From an uncultured Actinomycetota bacterium (lineage in GTDB: Bacteria > Actinomycetota > Actinomycetes > DATJPE01), in the NCBI GenBank assembly GCA_963805505.1, contig CAWDUP010000002.1:700493-764492 (forward strand): a stretch of 64,000 nucleotides of DNA, read 5' to 3'. Of the stretch, positions 30,945 to 40,921 are shown in pieces. The translations under genes were made by a program, and so were the position numbers. The notes under the pieces were generated by a model. It saw nothing but the letters and a program-made list of their open reading frames with translations. It was not told the origin of the DNA and did no database searches. Each line of letters opens with the position of its first letter. The stretch's first letter is position 1.

Positions 30945-31739
30945 CTAGAGGGCGAGGTCGACAACCACCGGCGCGTGGTCGCTGGGCCCCTTGCCTTCCT
31001 TGAGCGATCCCTTGCGGGCCTCGCGATCGACGTAGGCGTCGGTGACGGCACCGGCAAAAGCCGCGTTGGCATAGACGAGGTCGATGCGCATCCCCATGTT
31101 CTTGTGGAAATTGCCGCCGCGGTAGTCCCAGTAGGTGAAGGGGTGATCGTGCTTGAGCGGCCGGGGGAACACGTCGCTCAGGCCCAGAGCGCGCAGCGCT
31201 GCCAGCGCGGCCCGTTCGGGTTCGGTCACGTGGGTTGCACCGGCGAAGGCGGCACGATCCCAGACGTCGGCGTCGGTGGGTGCCACGTTGAAGTCACCCA
31301 GCACGGCGAACGGCGCAGACCCGGTGGCCTCATCAGCCACGGTCTGCCGCAAGGCGTCCAACCAGGCGAGCTTGTAGCCGTAGTGCGCGTGCTCGGGTTC
31401 GCGACCGTTGGGCACATAGACCGACCACAGGCGTACGCCGCCGCACGTGGCCCCGATCGCGCGCGGTTCGACAGCGCCCTCATAGCCTGGCTGCTGGTCG
31501 AGGCCAAGGACCACATCGGACAGTCCGACGCGGGACAGGATCCCGACGCCGTTCCACCGGCCTTCGGCGTTGATCGCCGCTTGGTAGCCCAGCGCCGCTA
31601 ACTGCTCATCGGGGAAGGCTTCCGGCGGATTCTTCAGCTCCTGAAGGCAGACGACATCTGGTGCGGAGCCCGCGAGCCAGTCGAGCATTTTCGGCAGGCG
31701 GACCGTGACCGAGTTGACGTTCCAGGTGGCGACGCGCAC
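30945..31739 (-). CDS. xth: Exodeoxyribonuclease III
   Basis: ATWNVNS, LQELK, YVPNG, GDFNVAP, RIDL, SDHAP. Confidence 0.94.
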   Translation of the reverse strand: MRVATWNVNSVTVRLPKMLDWLAGSAPDVVCLQELKNPPEAFPDEQLAALGYQAAINAEGRWNGVGILSRVGLSDVVLGLDQQPGYEGAVEPRAIGATCGGVRLWSVYVPNGREPEHAHYGYKLAWLDALRQTVADEATGSAPFAVLGDFNVAPTDADVWDRAAFAGATHVTEPERAALAALRALGLSDVFPRPLKHDHPFTYWDYRGGNFHKNMGMRIDLVYANAAFAGAVTDAYVDREARKGSLKEGKGPSDHAPVVVDLAL

Positions 31740-31792
31740 TCGCCGACCCTACGACGTGGGGCGGACAGCCCGACGAGTCGGCTCGCCTGAGC

Positions 31793-32167
31793 TCAGAAGC
31801 CGAACCCCCCGTGCGCCAGGGAAAGGCCGAGCCCGACTGCTGCGGCGCCGGTGCCGATGATGTCGACCCAGCGCTGGTTGGTGTTTTCGGAGGTGAGCTG
31901 GGAGTAGAAGCCGATCACCACGCCGATGGCGCCCAGGATCGCGCCCGCCACGTGCGCGTCCTCGATGAATCCGCACACGAGCGCAGCGACGCCGATGACC
32001 ATGGTCGCGCCAGTCAGGATCTGCTGACGCTGGTGGTGGCCGGAGGGGGTGTCGGTGGCTGAGTGACCGAGCAGCTTCGGGTCGTTCGGCAGCACTGCCC
32101 ACGTGCCCTCAGCTGGTTCGGAAGGCTCGGGGAAGTCGCGGTTCGCGGTGGCGCCGGGCTCGGTCAT
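31793..32167 (-). CDS. Small membrane protein (3 TM)
   Basis: Hydrophobic C-terminal half ending LAHGGF; divergent from rpsF; start ATG 32167. Confidence 0.7.
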   Translation of the reverse strand: MTEPGATANRDFPEPSEPAEGTWAVLPNDPKLLGHSATDTPSGHHQRQQILTGATMVIGVAALVCGFIEDAHVAGAILGAIGVVIGFYSQLTSENTNQRWVDIIGTGAAAVGLGLSLAHGGFGF

Positions 32168-32293
32168 GGAAGGAGCGTGGCGCGATCGGTGGACGATTTC
32201 AAGCGGACGCGCACCGTCGGGTATCCTCAGCCGCTGGGCGCGCTGCCACAGGCGCTCGACGTAGAGCACGTTCCGCCCCGGCGGATCGCGCTG

Positions 32294-32340
32294 ACCCTCC
32301 TGCCACGGATCGACCGTGGCCGCCAAGTCCAGAGGAGGTG
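32294..32340 (+). promoter_or_regulatory. rpsF leader (S6:S18-type cis-regulatory RNA)
   Basis: Stem GCCACGG/CCGTGGC enclosed by CCTCCT (32296-32301) pairing with the AGGAGG RBS (32333-32338). Confidence 0.65.
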
Positions 32341-32349
32341 GGTTCTCAC

Positions 32350-32640
32350 ATGCGTCGCTATGAGCTGATGGTCATCCTCGACCCCGATCTCGAGGAGCGC
32401 ACCGTCGCCCCGTCGCTCGATACGTTCCTCAACGTCGTCCGCAAGGATGGCGGGACGGTCGAGAACATCGACATCTGGGGCCGACGACGACTGGCCTACG
32501 AGATCAACAAGAAGCCGGACGGGATCTACGCCGTCGTAGACCTGACCTGCGAGCCGGCCACCGTGAAGGAGCTGGACCGCCAGCTCAACCTCAACGAGTC
32601 GGTCATGCGCACCAAGGTGCTCCGACCGGCAGCGAAGTAG
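32350..32640 (+). CDS. rpsF: 30S ribosomal protein S6
   Basis: [36 protein letters not shown]. Confidence 0.97.
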   Translation: MRRYELMVILDPDLEERTVAPSLDTFLNVVRKDGGTVENIDIWGRRRLAYEINKKPDGIYAVVDLTCEPATVKELDRQLNLNESVMRTKVLRPAAK

Positions 32641-32649
32641 GCGATCCAG

Positions 32650-33147
32650 ATGGCCCAAGGAGATGTCTCCGTCACCATCGTCGGCAACCTCACCGCCGAC
32701 CCCGAGCTGCGGTTCACCCCGAGCGGGGCGGCTGTGGCCAACTTCACGATCGCCTCGACCACTCGGCTGCTGGACAAGCAGACCAACGAGTGGAAGGACG
32801 GCGACACGATCTTCATGCGCTGCGCCGTGTGGCGGCAGTACGCAGAGAACGTCGCGGAGTCCCTCACCAAGGGATCGCGAGTCATCGCGACCGGGCGTCT
32901 CAAGCAGCGCTCCTACGAGACCAAGGAAGGCGAGAAGCGCACGGTGGTGGAGCTCGACGTCGATGACGTCGGCCCGGCGCTGAAGAACGCCACCGCCAAG
33001 GTCAGCAAGGTCGCGCGCCAAGGCGGCGGCGGGGGCTTCGGCGGAGCGCCGTCGGACGACCCGTGGGCCAGTCCGGTCGACAGCAGCGCCGGCTCGGCGC
33101 AATCCACGTCCGGAGGCTCCGCCTCCTACGACGAGCCTCCCTTCTAG
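32650..33147 (+). CDS. ssb: Single-stranded DNA-binding protein
   Basis: [17 protein letters not shown]-terminal DEPPF. Confidence 0.97.
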   Translation: MAQGDVSVTIVGNLTADPELRFTPSGAAVANFTIASTTRLLDKQTNEWKDGDTIFMRCAVWRQYAENVAESLTKGSRVIATGRLKQRSYETKEGEKRTVVELDVDDVGPALKNATAKVSKVARQGGGGGFGGAPSDDPWASPVDSSAGSAQSTSGGSASYDEPPF

Positions 33148-33206
33148 ACCCTTCCCCCTTCCTCCCCGCTCTTGCGAGCGACCAGCAGCGAAAGAGACTC
33201 CACGCG

Positions 33207-33446
33207 ATGGCCACCAAGCCCCCGATCCGCAAACCGAAGAAGAAGAGCAACCCGCTCAAGGCGGCGAAGATCGACTACGTCGACTACAAGGACACTGCTC
33301 TGCTTCGCAAGTTCATCTCCGACCGAGGCAAGATCCGGGCCCGTCGGGTCACCGGCGTATCCGTCCAGCAGCAGCGCGAGATCGCCAAGGCGGTCAAGAA
33401 CGCCCGCGAGATGGCGCTGCTCCCCTACACCTCAACTGCTCGCTGA
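33207..33446 (+). CDS. rpsR: 30S ribosomal protein S18 (Cys-less form)
   Basis: [34 protein letters not shown]; start ATG 33207. Confidence 0.97.
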   Translation: MATKPPIRKPKKKSNPLKAAKIDYVDYKDTALLRKFISDRGKIRARRVTGVSVQQQREIAKAVKNAREMALLPYTSTAR

Positions 33447-33461
33447 GGGCTGGGAGACACC

Positions 33462-33911
33462 ATGAAGATCATCCTCACGCACGAGGTCGCCAGTCTTGGC
33501 GCTCCGGGCGACGTCGTCGAGGTCAAGGACGGCTACGCCCGCAACTATCTCGTGCCCCGCGGTGATGCGATCCGGTGGACCAAGGGCGCTGAGAAGGAGA
33601 TCGTCTCGATCAAGCGCGCCCGCGAGGTTCGCTCGGTCCACGACCTTGGGCACGCCCAGGAGATCAAGGGTCAGCTCGAGGCGCTCGACGTCACGTTGGC
33701 TGCGCGAGCAGGCGACGGCGGTCGACTCTTCGGGTCTGTGACGGTCAGTGACGTGGCCGACGCGGTCAAGGCCGCCGGCGGTCCCGACGTCGACAAGCGC
33801 CGCATCGAGATCGGAAACCCGATCAAGACGGTTGGCTCACACCAGGTCAACGTGCGGATTCACCCCGAGGTCGTGGCTACCGTCGCCGTGGACATCGTCG
33901 CAGCGAGCTAG
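33462..33911 (+). CDS. rplI: 50S ribosomal protein L9
   Basis: [34 protein letters not shown]. Confidence 0.97.
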   Translation: MKIILTHEVASLGAPGDVVEVKDGYARNYLVPRGDAIRWTKGAEKEIVSIKRAREVRSVHDLGHAQEIKGQLEALDVTLAARAGDGGRLFGSVTVSDVADAVKAAGGPDVDKRRIEIGNPIKTVGSHQVNVRIHPEVVATVAVDIVAAS

Positions 33912-33921
33912 GTCCTCTCGA

Positions 33922-33961
33922 CGGGAAGCGTGTCGCGCCGAGGGCATCGACACGCTTCCCG
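33922..33961. terminator. Hairpin between convergent rplI and MATE genes
   Basis: 14-bp perfect stem CGGGAAGCGTGTCG/CGACACGCTTCCCG. Confidence 0.75.
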
Positions 33962-33968
33962 ACGTGAC

Positions 33969-35324
33969 CTATCCACGGGTCGCCCCGGTGACGAGCCAGT
34001 CGTCAGAGCGCTCGCGGTGCACGAGCAGGAAAAGTCGGACAACCATGAACCACAACAGCGCCAACCACAGTCCGACCAACCCTCGAGTGCCGTCCAGCAG
34101 CCATGGAACCGCCAGGGCGGCGGGGACGTACGCGGCGAGCATCACGAGCTGAGCCCAGGCCAGCCAGCGACTGTCCCCGGCTCCGATCAGCACCCCGTCG
34201 AGGACGAAGACCGGGCCGGCGATCGGCTGATGCAGCGCGACCACGACCAAGGCCGCCGAGACGGCTGCGGCCACGTCTGGCTCAAGCGAGAACAGCGGTG
34301 CGAAGAACGGCCGAGCCAGGAGTACGGCGCCGCCGAGCGCCACGCCGCCCCAGACGCCCCACTGCATCATCCGGTCGACGGCGGCTCGGGTCCCAGGGAT
34401 GTCGCCGGAGCCGAGGCTTCGCCCGACGATGGCCTGACCGGCGATGGCCAGGGCGTCGAGAGCGAGCGCCAGGAGGATCCAGGTGAGGAAAGCCACCTGG
34501 TAGGCAGCCACCTCGGCATCGCCCAGCCGGGCAGCGAGGGCAACGGTGAGCAAGAACACCGCGCGAAGCGCGACCGTTCGGACGAACAAAGCGAACCCGT
34601 CTCGGGCAGAGCGCAAGACGGCGCTCGTGCCCGAGCGGAGCGGGACGCCCGCCTCCTGGGCGTTGGCCCTGATCAGCAGCAGGTAGACGACGGCGGCACC
34701 GAACTGGGTGGCTACCGTCGCCCAGGCCGAGCCGGCCACGCCCCAGTGCAGGCCAAGCACCAGCGCTGCGGACAGAGCGAGGTTGACCACGGCGGCGATC
34801 ACCGCGATCACCAAGGGCGTCCTGGTGTCCTGAAGTCCGCGACGAACGCCGGTCCCGGCCAAGACGACCAGCATGAAGGGGAGCCCGAGGGCCGAGATCG
34901 TTAGATACGTGACCCCGAAACCTTCGATCTCGGGTGAGGCGCCGAGGGCTCGAACCAGAGGGGTGGCGGTCGCCACCAACGCGATGAGCAAGCCGACGCC
35001 GAGGCCGAGAGCCAGCCAGACTCCGGCGACGCCGTCGCGCACGGCACCCGGGTGATCTTCTGCCCCGACCCGACGGGCGACGGCGGCGGTCGTGCCGTAG
35101 GCGAGAAAGACGCACAAGCCGACCACCGTGCCGAGCAGGGTGCTGGCCACGGCGACTCCCGCGAGCTGCGCCGTCCCCAACCGAGCCACGACCGCCGCGT
35201 CGCCGAGCAGGAAGAGCGGCTCGGCCACAAGCGCACCGAACGCGGGGATCGCGAGCCGCAAGATCTCCCGGTCGGTGCCGCTGCGCGCCACTCCGGGCAG
35301 CCGTCGTCCCCAGTGTTTGTCCAC
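33969..35324 (-). CDS. MATE (DinF-like) efflux transporter
   Basis: DREILRLAIPAFGALVAEPL, RGLQDTRTPL, FVLDGVLIGAGD. Confidence 0.9.
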   Translation of the reverse strand: MDKHWGRRLPGVARSGTDREILRLAIPAFGALVAEPLFLLGDAAVVARLGTAQLAGVAVASTLLGTVVGLCVFLAYGTTAAVARRVGAEDHPGAVRDGVAGVWLALGLGVGLLIALVATATPLVRALGASPEIEGFGVTYLTISALGLPFMLVVLAGTGVRRGLQDTRTPLVIAVIAAVVNLALSAALVLGLHWGVAGSAWATVATQFGAAVVYLLLIRANAQEAGVPLRSGTSAVLRSARDGFALFVRTVALRAVFLLTVALAARLGDAEVAAYQVAFLTWILLALALDALAIAGQAIVGRSLGSGDIPGTRAAVDRMMQWGVWGGVALGGAVLLARPFFAPLFSLEPDVAAAVSAALVVVALHQPIAGPVFVLDGVLIGAGDSRWLAWAQLVMLAAYVPAALAVPWLLDGTRGLVGLWLALLWFMVVRLFLLVHRERSDDWLVTGATRG

Positions 35325-35561
35325 AGGGCGGCAGGCTAGTGCCTCACCGCGCGGTCACCGATCGGCCGGTCCGGGGAGAACACGCCCGACATGAGTTTTC
35401 CTCCCCACCCTGAGGAAGGGCATCGTCGCAGGTCAGAGGGGGTGTACCTGGGAAACAATCTTCACTGTCCACACCCTCATCCACAGGATGCGGCCGACTG
35501 TCAACAGGGACAGCGGCGCGTCACGCACAGCGGAACGACACGTTGTCCACACCCGTCCACA
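35317..35561 (+). promoter_or_regulatory. Cluster of co-oriented DnaA boxes upstream of dnaB
   Basis: TTGTCCACA at 35317 and 35543; variants CTGTCCACA 35465, TCATCCACA 35477, CTGTCAACA 35498, CCGTCCACA 35553. Confidence 0.8.
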
Positions 35562-35784
35562 GGCCCGCTGGACTGCGTGGCCGACCCGCCCGTACGGTCG
35601 CGCGGGCGCAACACTCCAACGGCAGATCCGAGCCTCGGACTTCGCGACGGGTCATGCGTCCGTGATCGCGTCCAAACGATGAAAGTGTCGGTGCCGCAAG
35701 GTTGGCTGGCCCCGGTCGCCAGCCCATCGATGATCTCGGCAGGTTGTTCACGCTACGCCCGCAAGCCAACGATCTGGAGGTCGA

Positions 35785-37158
35785 GTGAGCGTCATCGAGT
35801 TGCGTGACCACGACGGCTCATCCGACGGCTCAGCCGGTTTCGACCGGCAACCGCCGCAGGACCTCGGCGCCGAGCAGTGCGTCCTCGGCGCGATGCTGCT
35901 CAGCAAGGATGCGATCGCCGACGTCGTCGAGGTGCTGCGGCCCGGAGACTTCTACAAGCCGGCCCACCAGACCGTCTACGACACCGTCCTCGACCTCTAC
36001 GGGCGCGGTGACCCAGCCGATGCCATCACCGTGTCCAACGCGCTGCAGACGCGCGGAGAGATCGCCCGGATCGGCGGCGCCCCCTACCTGCACACGCTGC
36101 TCGCGTCCGTGCCCACGGCGGCCAACGCCGGCTACTACGCCAAGATCGTTCGCGAGCGAGCGATCCTGCGCCGCCTGGTCGAGGCGGGCACACGTATCGT
36201 CCAGATGGGCTACGCGTCTGACGGGGGCGAGGCCGACGAGCTGGTCGACCGGGCGCAGGCCGAGGTCTACTCCGTCACCGAGCGTCGCACGTCAGAGGAC
36301 TACCTCCCGCTGTCAGCGATCATGGAGGGGACCCTCGACGAGATCGAGGCGATCTCCAGCCGGGGTGGCGCCATGGTGGGGGTGCCCACCGGGTTCACCG
36401 ATCTCGACCAGCTGACCAACGGACTGCACGGGGGGCAGATGATCGTCCTCGCGGCGAGACCGGCAGTCGGGAAGTCAACACTGGCTCTGGATGTGTGCCG
36501 GTCCGCCTCGATCAAGCACGGCCTCACTTCGGTGATCTTCTCCTTGGAGATGAGCCGCAACGAGATCACCATGCGTCTGCTGTCGGCGGAGGCCAAGGTC
36601 GCGCTGCACAAGATGCGCTCCGGTCAGCTCGGTGAGACCGACTGGAACCATCTCGCTCGCACGATGTCGGCCGTGGCTGAAGCGCCGCTGTTCATCGACG
36701 ACAGCCCCAACATGTCGATGATGGAGATCAGAGCCAAGTGCCGGCGCCTCAAGCAGCGTCACGACCTTCGGCTCGTGGTCATCGACTACCTCCAGTTGAT
36801 GTCCAGTGGCAAGAAGGTCGAGTCACGTCAACAGGAGGTGTCGGAGTTCTCTCGTTCTCTCAAGCTGCTCGCCAAGGAGCTCGACGTCCCCGTCATCGCG
36901 GTCAGCCAGCTCAACCGTGGTCCGGAACAGCGCACGGACAAGAAGCCGTTGATGTCCGACCTGCGTGAGTCGGGCTCGATCGAGCAGGACAGCGACATCG
37001 TCATCTTGTTGCACCGTGAGGATCAGTACGAAAAGGAGTCCCCCCGTGCGGGAGAGGCTGACTTCATCGTTGCCAAGCACCGCAACGGCCCGACCGCCAC
37101 GGTGACGGTCGCCTTCCAGGGTCACTACTCCCGCTTCGTCGACATGGCGCAGATCTAG
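35785..37158 (+). CDS. dnaB: Replicative DNA helicase DnaB (no intein)
   Basis: PPQDLGAEQ, AARPAVGKS, IDYLQLM, SQLNR, DLRESGSIEQD, KHRNGPT. Confidence 0.97.
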   Translation: MSVIELRDHDGSSDGSAGFDRQPPQDLGAEQCVLGAMLLSKDAIADVVEVLRPGDFYKPAHQTVYDTVLDLYGRGDPADAITVSNALQTRGEIARIGGAPYLHTLLASVPTAANAGYYAKIVRERAILRRLVEAGTRIVQMGYASDGGEADELVDRAQAEVYSVTERRTSEDYLPLSAIMEGTLDEIEAISSRGGAMVGVPTGFTDLDQLTNGLHGGQMIVLAARPAVGKSTLALDVCRSASIKHGLTSVIFSLEMSRNEITMRLLSAEAKVALHKMRSGQLGETDWNHLARTMSAVAEAPLFIDDSPNMSMMEIRAKCRRLKQRHDLRLVVIDYLQLMSSGKKVESRQQEVSEFSRSLKLLAKELDVPVIAVSQLNRGPEQRTDKKPLMSDLRESGSIEQDSDIVILLHREDQYEKESPRAGEADFIVAKHRNGPTATVTVAFQGHYSRFVDMAQI

Positions 37159-37184
37159 CCCATCGGAGAGGAAGTGACGACACC

Positions 37185-37673
37185 GTGTCGGTTGAACTCG
37201 AGGCTCTCCTCGATTCACTTGACGGGCGGCGCAGGCATGTCCTGACCGCCGTAGAGGGCCTTGGGGAGTCCGACCTGAGACGGCCGGTGCTGCCGTCGGG
37301 ATGGAGTTGTCTCGGGCTCGTTCAGCACCTCACGGTCGACGTCGAGACCTTCTGGTTCCGCTGCGTCGTCGCGGGAGATCGGCCCGCCATCGATGCCCTC
37401 GGTGACGAGAGCGGTTGGGCGGTCGACCCCGATCGCAGCTCCGCGCAGATCCTTGACGCCTACCGGCTCGAGACCGCGGAGGCTGACCGTCTCGTCCGGG
37501 CGGCTGGACTGGACGCCGCCCCCCTGTGGTGGCCGGACTTCTTCGGTTCGTTTCGGCTGGAGTCGGTGCGCGAAGTGGCGCTCCATGTGCTGACCGAGAC
37601 GGCCACCCATGCCGGTCACCTCGATGTGGTCCGCGAGCTGCTCGACGGCCGACAGCATCTCGTGCTCACCTGA
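37185..37673 (+). CDS. DinB/DUF664-family protein
   Basis: PSGWSCLGLVQHL..VE..WF, HVLTETATHAGHLD. Confidence 0.85.
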   Translation: MSVELEALLDSLDGRRRHVLTAVEGLGESDLRRPVLPSGWSCLGLVQHLTVDVETFWFRCVVAGDRPAIDALGDESGWAVDPDRSSAQILDAYRLETAEADRLVRAAGLDAAPLWWPDFFGSFRLESVREVALHVLTETATHAGHLDVVRELLDGRQHLVLT

Positions 37674-37809
37674 GCTGACCGGCGGGCTGGACGACCCAGC
37701 AGGCGGCCCTGGGTGAGCCGGCGATCCGCGCTGCGGGCTCCTCGGCCGCGGAGGATGGCACGATGGCTGGGCGCTGCCGACTGGAACAACGAGTGAGTGA
37801 GGAATTCGC

Positions 37810-38607
37810 GTGGCCGCACCCGTCTTGGTGACCGGAGGCACCGGTGTCCTGGGCCGGCGCGTGGTCGACCAGCTGCTCGCTCGAGGGTCGCACGTGCGCG
37901 TCATGAGTCGAAACGCCCAGGCCCCTCGAGACGGCGTCGAGCAGGTCGTCGCCGACCTGAGCACCGGAGACGGTGCCGAGGCGAGCCTGCGTGACGTCGA
38001 GACGATCGTGCACTGCGCGGGCAGCGCGAAGGGTGACGACGACAAGGCGCGCAACCTGATCCGAGCCGTCCCCTCCGGTACGGCGCCGCACGTGGTCTTC
38101 ATCTCCATCGTCGGAGTCGATCGGATCCCGGTCAGCAGCATGGCCGATCGCGCGATGTTCGGCTTCTATGCAACCAAGTTCGCCGCCGAGAGAGTTGTGG
38201 CCGACTCCGGACTGCCATGGACAACGGTGCGCACGACCCAGTTCCACGACTTGCTGCTCACCATGGTGCAAGAGATGGCCAAGGTGCCTGTGGTGCCGCT
38301 TCCCAGTGGCTTCCGCTTCCAACCGATCGATGTGGACGAAGTGGCGGGCCGCCTTGTCGAGCTCGCCCTGAGCGGGCCGGCCGGTCGGGTCCCCGATCTC
38401 GGAGGCCCGCAGATCTTGTCCATCAAGGAGCTGGTCAGCAGCTATCTGCGGGTCACTCATCGCCGGCGCCCGATGCTCCCGATCCGGTTGCCGGGCAAGG
38501 CTGCCAAGGCCTACCGGGAAGGTGCCAACCTGGCGCCCGAGCACGCAGTCGGCGCACTCACCTGGGAAGGATTTCTGGCCACCCGGGTGCGCCGCGTAGG
38601 TGGCTGA
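37810..38607 (+). CDS. Atypical SDR / NAD(P)H-binding oxidoreductase
   Basis: VLVTGGTGVLG, ISIVG, YATK, RTTQFH, FQPID. Confidence 0.88.
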   Translation: MAAPVLVTGGTGVLGRRVVDQLLARGSHVRVMSRNAQAPRDGVEQVVADLSTGDGAEASLRDVETIVHCAGSAKGDDDKARNLIRAVPSGTAPHVVFISIVGVDRIPVSSMADRAMFGFYATKFAAERVVADSGLPWTTVRTTQFHDLLLTMVQEMAKVPVVPLPSGFRFQPIDVDEVAGRLVELALSGPAGRVPDLGGPQILSIKELVSSYLRVTHRRRPMLPIRLPGKAAKAYREGANLAPEHAVGALTWEGFLATRVRRVGG

Positions 38608-38632
38608 GGTCGTCCGGCCGGGCAAGGCTGGA

Positions 38633-39175
38633 CTACCAGACGTCCCCCGAACGCCAGTCGCAGGCCAGGTCGCCGTCAAGGTCGAGAGCCACTGTGTCGT
38701 CGGCACGCTGGAGGACGTAGACCGAACCGTCCTCGTCGGGGGTGGGCCGTAATCCCTGGGGCGTGAGCACCGACGTCGTACCACGCCAAGCCGTCCAGCC
38801 GCGGGCGACGTAGAGCTCGGCGGCCATCTTCGAGGCGGACAACGCTCCCAGGTGATACGCCGCCCTGATGACCCGCTCGCTCTCGTCCATCAGCGAAGTG
38901 AACAGCCCACGTCGCCGGAAGTCCGGGCGTACGCCGACACCCTCCACATAGCCAACGCGCAGCACGCGGTGTGCGTGCAACAGCCCTCGCTGGACGACAG
39001 CTGCATGGCCGACCAGCTCGCCCCCGTCCCAGATCATGGCGTGGATGCCACCCAGGGCGTGCTCGAGGTCGTCATCGCTGAAGCGGTCGCCGAAGGCTTG
39101 GTCAAGGAGCGGCCGGATGGCCCGCAGCTCCTTGGGTCTGAGATCAGCGGTGTGCAGGGTACGCAGGTCGGTCAC
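38633..39175 (-). CDS. Aminoglycoside 2'-N-acetyltransferase-like GNAT (AAC(2')-I family)
   Basis: HTADL, FSDDDLEHALGG, HAAVVQR, GYVEGVGVR, CDWRSGDVW C-terminus; start GTG 39175. Confidence 0.85.
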   Translation of the reverse strand: MTDLRTLHTADLRPKELRAIRPLLDQAFGDRFSDDDLEHALGGIHAMIWDGGELVGHAAVVQRGLLHAHRVLRVGYVEGVGVRPDFRRRGLFTSLMDESERVIRAAYHLGALSASKMAAELYVARGWTAWRGTTSVLTPQGLRPTPDEDGSVYVLQRADDTVALDLDGDLACDWRSGDVW

Positions 39176-39224
39176 GCCAAAAGTGTCGCGCACCGACAGG
39201 CATGCAGGTCGTACGGTGTCGTTC

Positions 39225-40049
39225 GTGACCGACTACCGAGCCGTCAACCGGCTGAGCTGGGACGAGCGTGCGCCGGCGCACGCGGCATCGCCGGACTACT
39301 CCTGGGACGAGTTCGTCGCTGACCCGGAGTTCCTGAGCGGCGTCGTCAGGTTCGACCTGCCGCGCCTCGGTGACATCGCGGGGCTGCGCGGGGTGCACCT
39401 GCAGTGCCACATCGGCACGGACACGCTGTCCTTGGCCAGACTGGGTGCCGAGATGATTGGCCTGGACTTCTCGTCGGCCGCCATCGAGCAGGCCCGTCGG
39501 CTTTCCGCGGAGGCGGGGCCGCACGTCGACTTCGTGGAGTCAGACCTCTATTCCGCCCTAGACGTCCTCGAGGGCGGTTCCTTCGATCTGGTGTTCACCG
39601 GGATCGGGGCGCTGTGCTGGCTGCCAGACGTCCGGCGTTGGGCCGAGATCGTTGCGGCGCTGCTGGCCCCCGGTGGGCGATTGTTCATCCGGGAGGGCCA
39701 TCCCATGCTCTGGGCCCTCGAAGACAGTCGGGAGGACGGTCTGCTCGTCGTTGGGTATCCCTACTTCGAGACGGCGGAGCCGCAGATCTTCGACGAGGAC
39801 GGCACCTACGTCGAGACCGACGTCACGTTTCGGCACAACGTCACTCACTCCTGGAACCACGGGTTGGGCGAGATCGTGACAGCTCTGCTCGACGAGGGGC
39901 TGACGCTGACCATGCTCGAGGAGCACGACAGCGTCCCGTGGGATGCCCAACCCGGCTTGATGACCCGAGACGAGCTCGGCGAATATCGCTTCACCGTCGG
40001 CCCCGATCGGGTGGCCGCCAGCTACACCCTGCAGGCCGTACGTCGCTGA
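39225..40049 (+). CDS. Class I SAM-dependent methyltransferase
   Basis: NRLSWDERA, HLQCHIGTDTLSL, GLDFS, GALCWLPD; start GTG 39225. Confidence 0.88.
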   Translation: MTDYRAVNRLSWDERAPAHAASPDYSWDEFVADPEFLSGVVRFDLPRLGDIAGLRGVHLQCHIGTDTLSLARLGAEMIGLDFSSAAIEQARRLSAEAGPHVDFVESDLYSALDVLEGGSFDLVFTGIGALCWLPDVRRWAEIVAALLAPGGRLFIREGHPMLWALEDSREDGLLVVGYPYFETAEPQIFDEDGTYVETDVTFRHNVTHSWNHGLGEIVTALLDEGLTLTMLEEHDSVPWDAQPGLMTRDELGEYRFTVGPDRVAASYTLQAVRR

Positions 40050-40075
40050 CACTGGCAGGTCTCGGGGCTTGCTGA

Positions 40076-40885
40076 TCACCGACCGAGGAAAGCCTGGAGG
40101 GCGTCGGCGAAGGCGACTGCCTCGGACTGCCGGAAGGCCTTCGACCTCATCCGTCTGGCGTCGGTGGCGTTGCGCATGTTGCCCGTCTCCACCAGCACGG
40201 CGGGGACGGTGGCCAGATTGAGGGTCGCCAGGTCCTTGCGGTAGATCAACGCGTCTCCGCCCCCCGCGTAGTTGGCGTAAGGCATGCCCGTCACCCGGTG
40301 GAACTTCCCGCGCACGACCTTGGCCAGGTGATGCGATCGCCTGGTGACCCCGGCACCCTTCAGCTGATGGGTCGACGCGATCACGGTGAATCCGCGGGCG
40401 CCGGGTGCGGTCGAGCCGTCGGCATGAATCGACAACATGGCGTCCGCGTGGAAGCGGGTGGCGGTGGCAGCGCGCACCGGAGTGCAAGGTCCGACGCCGG
40501 AGTTGCTGTGGCGGGTGAGGTGAACAGTTGCCCCGCGAAGTCTCAGAACGGCCGCAGTGCGCTTGGCGACATCCCACGTGTAGGCGGCCTCGGTGTAGCC
40601 GCCGTTTGTCGCTGTTCCCGTGGTGTTGCAAGCCTTGTAGACACCGTTGCCCGCAAAGATCGTCCGGTTGATGATCTCCGGGTGCGCCCAGTTGCGGCCG
40701 TTGTGTCCCGGATCGATGACGATGACGACGCCAGTCATCGCCAACGTCGGCTCGGCTGGTGGGGGGCCAACGAACGCGCACAGGCTCAGCGCGACGGTGG
40801 CCGTGGCCAGCCCGACCAGCAGCCGACGAGCCCGGCCCCGAGATGAGTGCGACGGCCCGACGACGGCGGAGACTGGTGATGTCAT
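40076..40885 (-). CDS. Secreted N-acetylmuramoyl-L-alanine amidase (Amidase_3)
   Basis: Signal peptide, IDPGHNG, TE, SIHAD, LVETGNMRN. Confidence 0.9.
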   Translation of the reverse strand: MTSPVSAVVGPSHSSRGRARRLLVGLATATVALSLCAFVGPPPAEPTLAMTGVVIVIDPGHNGRNWAHPEIINRTIFAGNGVYKACNTTGTATNGGYTEAAYTWDVAKRTAAVLRLRGATVHLTRHSNSGVGPCTPVRAATATRFHADAMLSIHADGSTAPGARGFTVIASTHQLKGAGVTRRSHHLAKVVRGKFHRVTGMPYANYAGGGDALIYRKDLATLNLATVPAVLVETGNMRNATDARRMRSKAFRQSEAVAFADALQAFLGR

Positions 40886-40921
40886 CCCGACCAGACTACG
40901 GCGGCGCTTGTACGCGGGCGG

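Noticed and set aside
35317-35561. DnaA-box cluster as oriC itself
   Set aside because: No adjacent dnaA/dnaN or AT-rich unwinding element; yidC at the window start implies rpmH-dnaA lie just left of the window
35785-37158. Intein in dnaB
   Set aside because: The protein is 457 aa and continuous through RESGSIEQD; no insertion
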